64,000 bases of DNA from Squalus acanthias (Eukaryota), in contig CM059432.1 in NCBI GenBank assembly GCA_030390025.1, forward strand, positions 31,250,001 through 31,314,000, written 5' to 3'. A model generated the notes under the pieces. It worked only from the letters and a program-made list of their open reading frames with translations. It was not told the DNA's origin and did no database searches. Positions 62,005-64,000 of this stretch are shown here, one piece after another; position 1 is the first letter of the stretch; every line of letters begins with the position of its first letter. Made by a program: the position numbers and the translations under genes.

Positions 62005-62150
62005 ATTGCCTCAATCGTATATTTCCCTCCACCGTGGTTGACATGGCCCTCGATCGTGTGCATCCCATTTCCCACACTTCTGCTCTTCACCCCTTCCCCT
62101 CCCTCCCAGAACCACGACAGAGTTCCCCTTGTCCTCACCTTCCAGCCCAC
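62005..62150 (+). mobile_element. Penelope-like ORF fragment (RT-endonuclease linker)
   Basis: FPSTVVDMALDRV...SAL and, in a shifted frame, DRVPLVLTFQP. Confidence 0.6.
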
Positions 62151-63451
62151 CGCGATATCCCCCACCCCACCCCAGACACCGATCGCTCCCACCCCCAGGG
62201 CTCGCGATTCCCCTTCTGAGCACTCGTGATCCCATCTCCGGCCACCGGTCACTTACCTGTGGGCCACCGTGGCGCTAGCAGTGGCCCTGAACTTCCAGCA
62301 CTTAGTTGCGTGACCTCCTTCCGCAGCGCCTTCTCTATGTGAATGAGGACTGAGACCCAGTTACCGGGACTCCTCAGACCTCGCCATTGTTGTGGGTGGG
62401 GGGGGGGGGTCCTATACTGGGTGCTCCCAAATTTCTAGCGCTACAGCTTTGAGCTCCATTTGAATCTGAAAAGACTGTTAAATCAGTTCTGCTGTTTGAA
62501 ATGTTCAAACAGTTAAGCGTGCCTGCTATAAGATTCAATCGGTAACTGCAACAGGTGCTGTGGCACTGACCCAAAGACCAGTAAATTTGCAAGTGAGACC
62601 GCACCTTTTTTGTGGGGGTGATACTGGCACCAACACCTTGCAGCTTCACAATAGCTTTTTTTTTAAATTAGCACAGAAAGGGATTTAGTATGAGGTTGGT
62701 ACGAGAACAGTGCCCTCGACAAATATATCCCATTGCTGGAACAGAAGGACTCTGACAATCCAGGGTTTGAAGCTTTAGCTGGTACACATTCTTTATACAA
62801 TATTAAAATATCAAGCTGATTTCAGGCCTGGCTTGGCATACAGTACATCTGATCTGGACTGTCATCTCTGGAAATAGTCAGCAATGAAAACGGGCTGCAT
62901 TATATTCACAAAGAGATACATTCGGAATATGATTTACATTCTGTTATATCTTTATCGCTTGTTTTCCAGCTCTTGCTTTTGAAACATTTGAAACCAATTA
63001 CACAAATTTTTCTAATGATTGGCATTTTGTGGCTGCGTTGTCTACAGTCAGTCAGAGTAATGTTGGATGAAGCTCACCCAGCAGGTGACTCTTTCTCTGA
63101 CTATTTTTTTTCATTCCACCCTTTCCTCCCTCCCTTTTTCTTCCATCCCCTTCTGGAGAAGTTGACTCACATTGAGGTACGGTACCATCTGCCTGCCATA
63201 CCTCACCCATGGTGCCGTATGTGAACCAAGATAAGCCGCTTTATTCCCCCTACCTAATCAGAGGCTTTGAGGCCGATTAAAGGGCCCCTACCGTTACCAT
63301 GCTAATCATTCGAAAAATCTGCACAATTGGTTTCATTTCTCAATAGCAAAAGGTAGAAGACAAGTGAAAGAGAAATAAGTGCTAGTAAATAAGACTCAGA
63401 CTGTATCTCATTGTTAAAATAATGCTGCCTGTTTTCATTGCTGATATTTCA

Positions 63452-64000
63452 ACAATAACAACAACAGCTTGTATTTATATCGCGCCTTTAACCTAGTAAA
63501 ACATCCCAAGGAGCATCACAGGAGCGATTATCAAACAGAATTTGACACCGAGCCACATAAGGATATACTGTATAAGGGCAGATGTCCAAAAGCTTAGTCA
63601 AAGAGGTAGGTTTTAAGGAGCGTCTTAAAGGAAGAAAGAGAAGTAAAGAGGCGGAGTGGTTTATGGGGGGAATTCCAGAGCTTAGGTCCTTGGCAGCTGA
63701 AAGCCCGGCCATCAATGGTGGAGCAATTAAAATCAGGGATGCTCAAGAGGCCAGAATTAGAGGAGCGCAGATATCTGGGAGGGTTGTGGAGTTGAAGGAG
63801 ATTACAGAGATAGGGAGGGACGAGGCCATGGAGGGATTTGAAAACAAGGATGAGAAGTTTGAAATTGAGGCGTTGTTTAACCGGGAGCCAATGTAGGTCA
63901 GCGAGCACAGGGGTGATAGGTGAACGGGACTTGGTGCGAGTTAGGACACGGGCAGCAGAGTTTTGGACGACCTCAAGTTTACATAGGGTAGAACGTGGGA
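63452..64000 (-). mobile_element. L2-clade LINE 3' fragment (runs off the window)
   Basis: LADLHWLPVKQRLNFKLLILVFKSLHGLVPPYL...KTLLKTYLF. Confidence 0.9.

Overview
Eukaryotic, almost certainly vertebrate DNA. The repeat set (CR1/HER1-type LINEs with an esterase ORF1, HE1/V-SINE, Deu-type SINEs, L2, Penelope) points to a cartilaginous fish. I found no convincing host-gene exon, so the window looks intergenic or intronic and is mostly nested transposable elements. Main points: (1) A complete PIF/Harbinger DNA transposon at 21994-26141 with imperfect TIRs and a TAT target-site duplication (TSD). It carries an intact 386-aa DDE transposase and a convergent 3-exon Myb/SANT partner gene whose only apparent lesion is a 1-nt shift in a G9 run. 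It sits inside a solo LTR, which itself splits an older Harbinger Myb exon. (2) About ten deleted Harbinger derivatives or MITEs. (3) Penelope-like retroelement pieces with minimal hammerhead ribozyme motifs, including a tandem pair at 2682-2768 and a perfect 189-bp-arm inverted repeat at 11089-11482 with one hammerhead per strand. (4) Four solo LTRs with TG...CA ends and clean TSDs, plus one probable. (5) Many CR1, L2 and other LINE fragments and a 30-bp minisatellite. Family names come from motif recognition, not database searches. Boundaries without TSD support are approximate.
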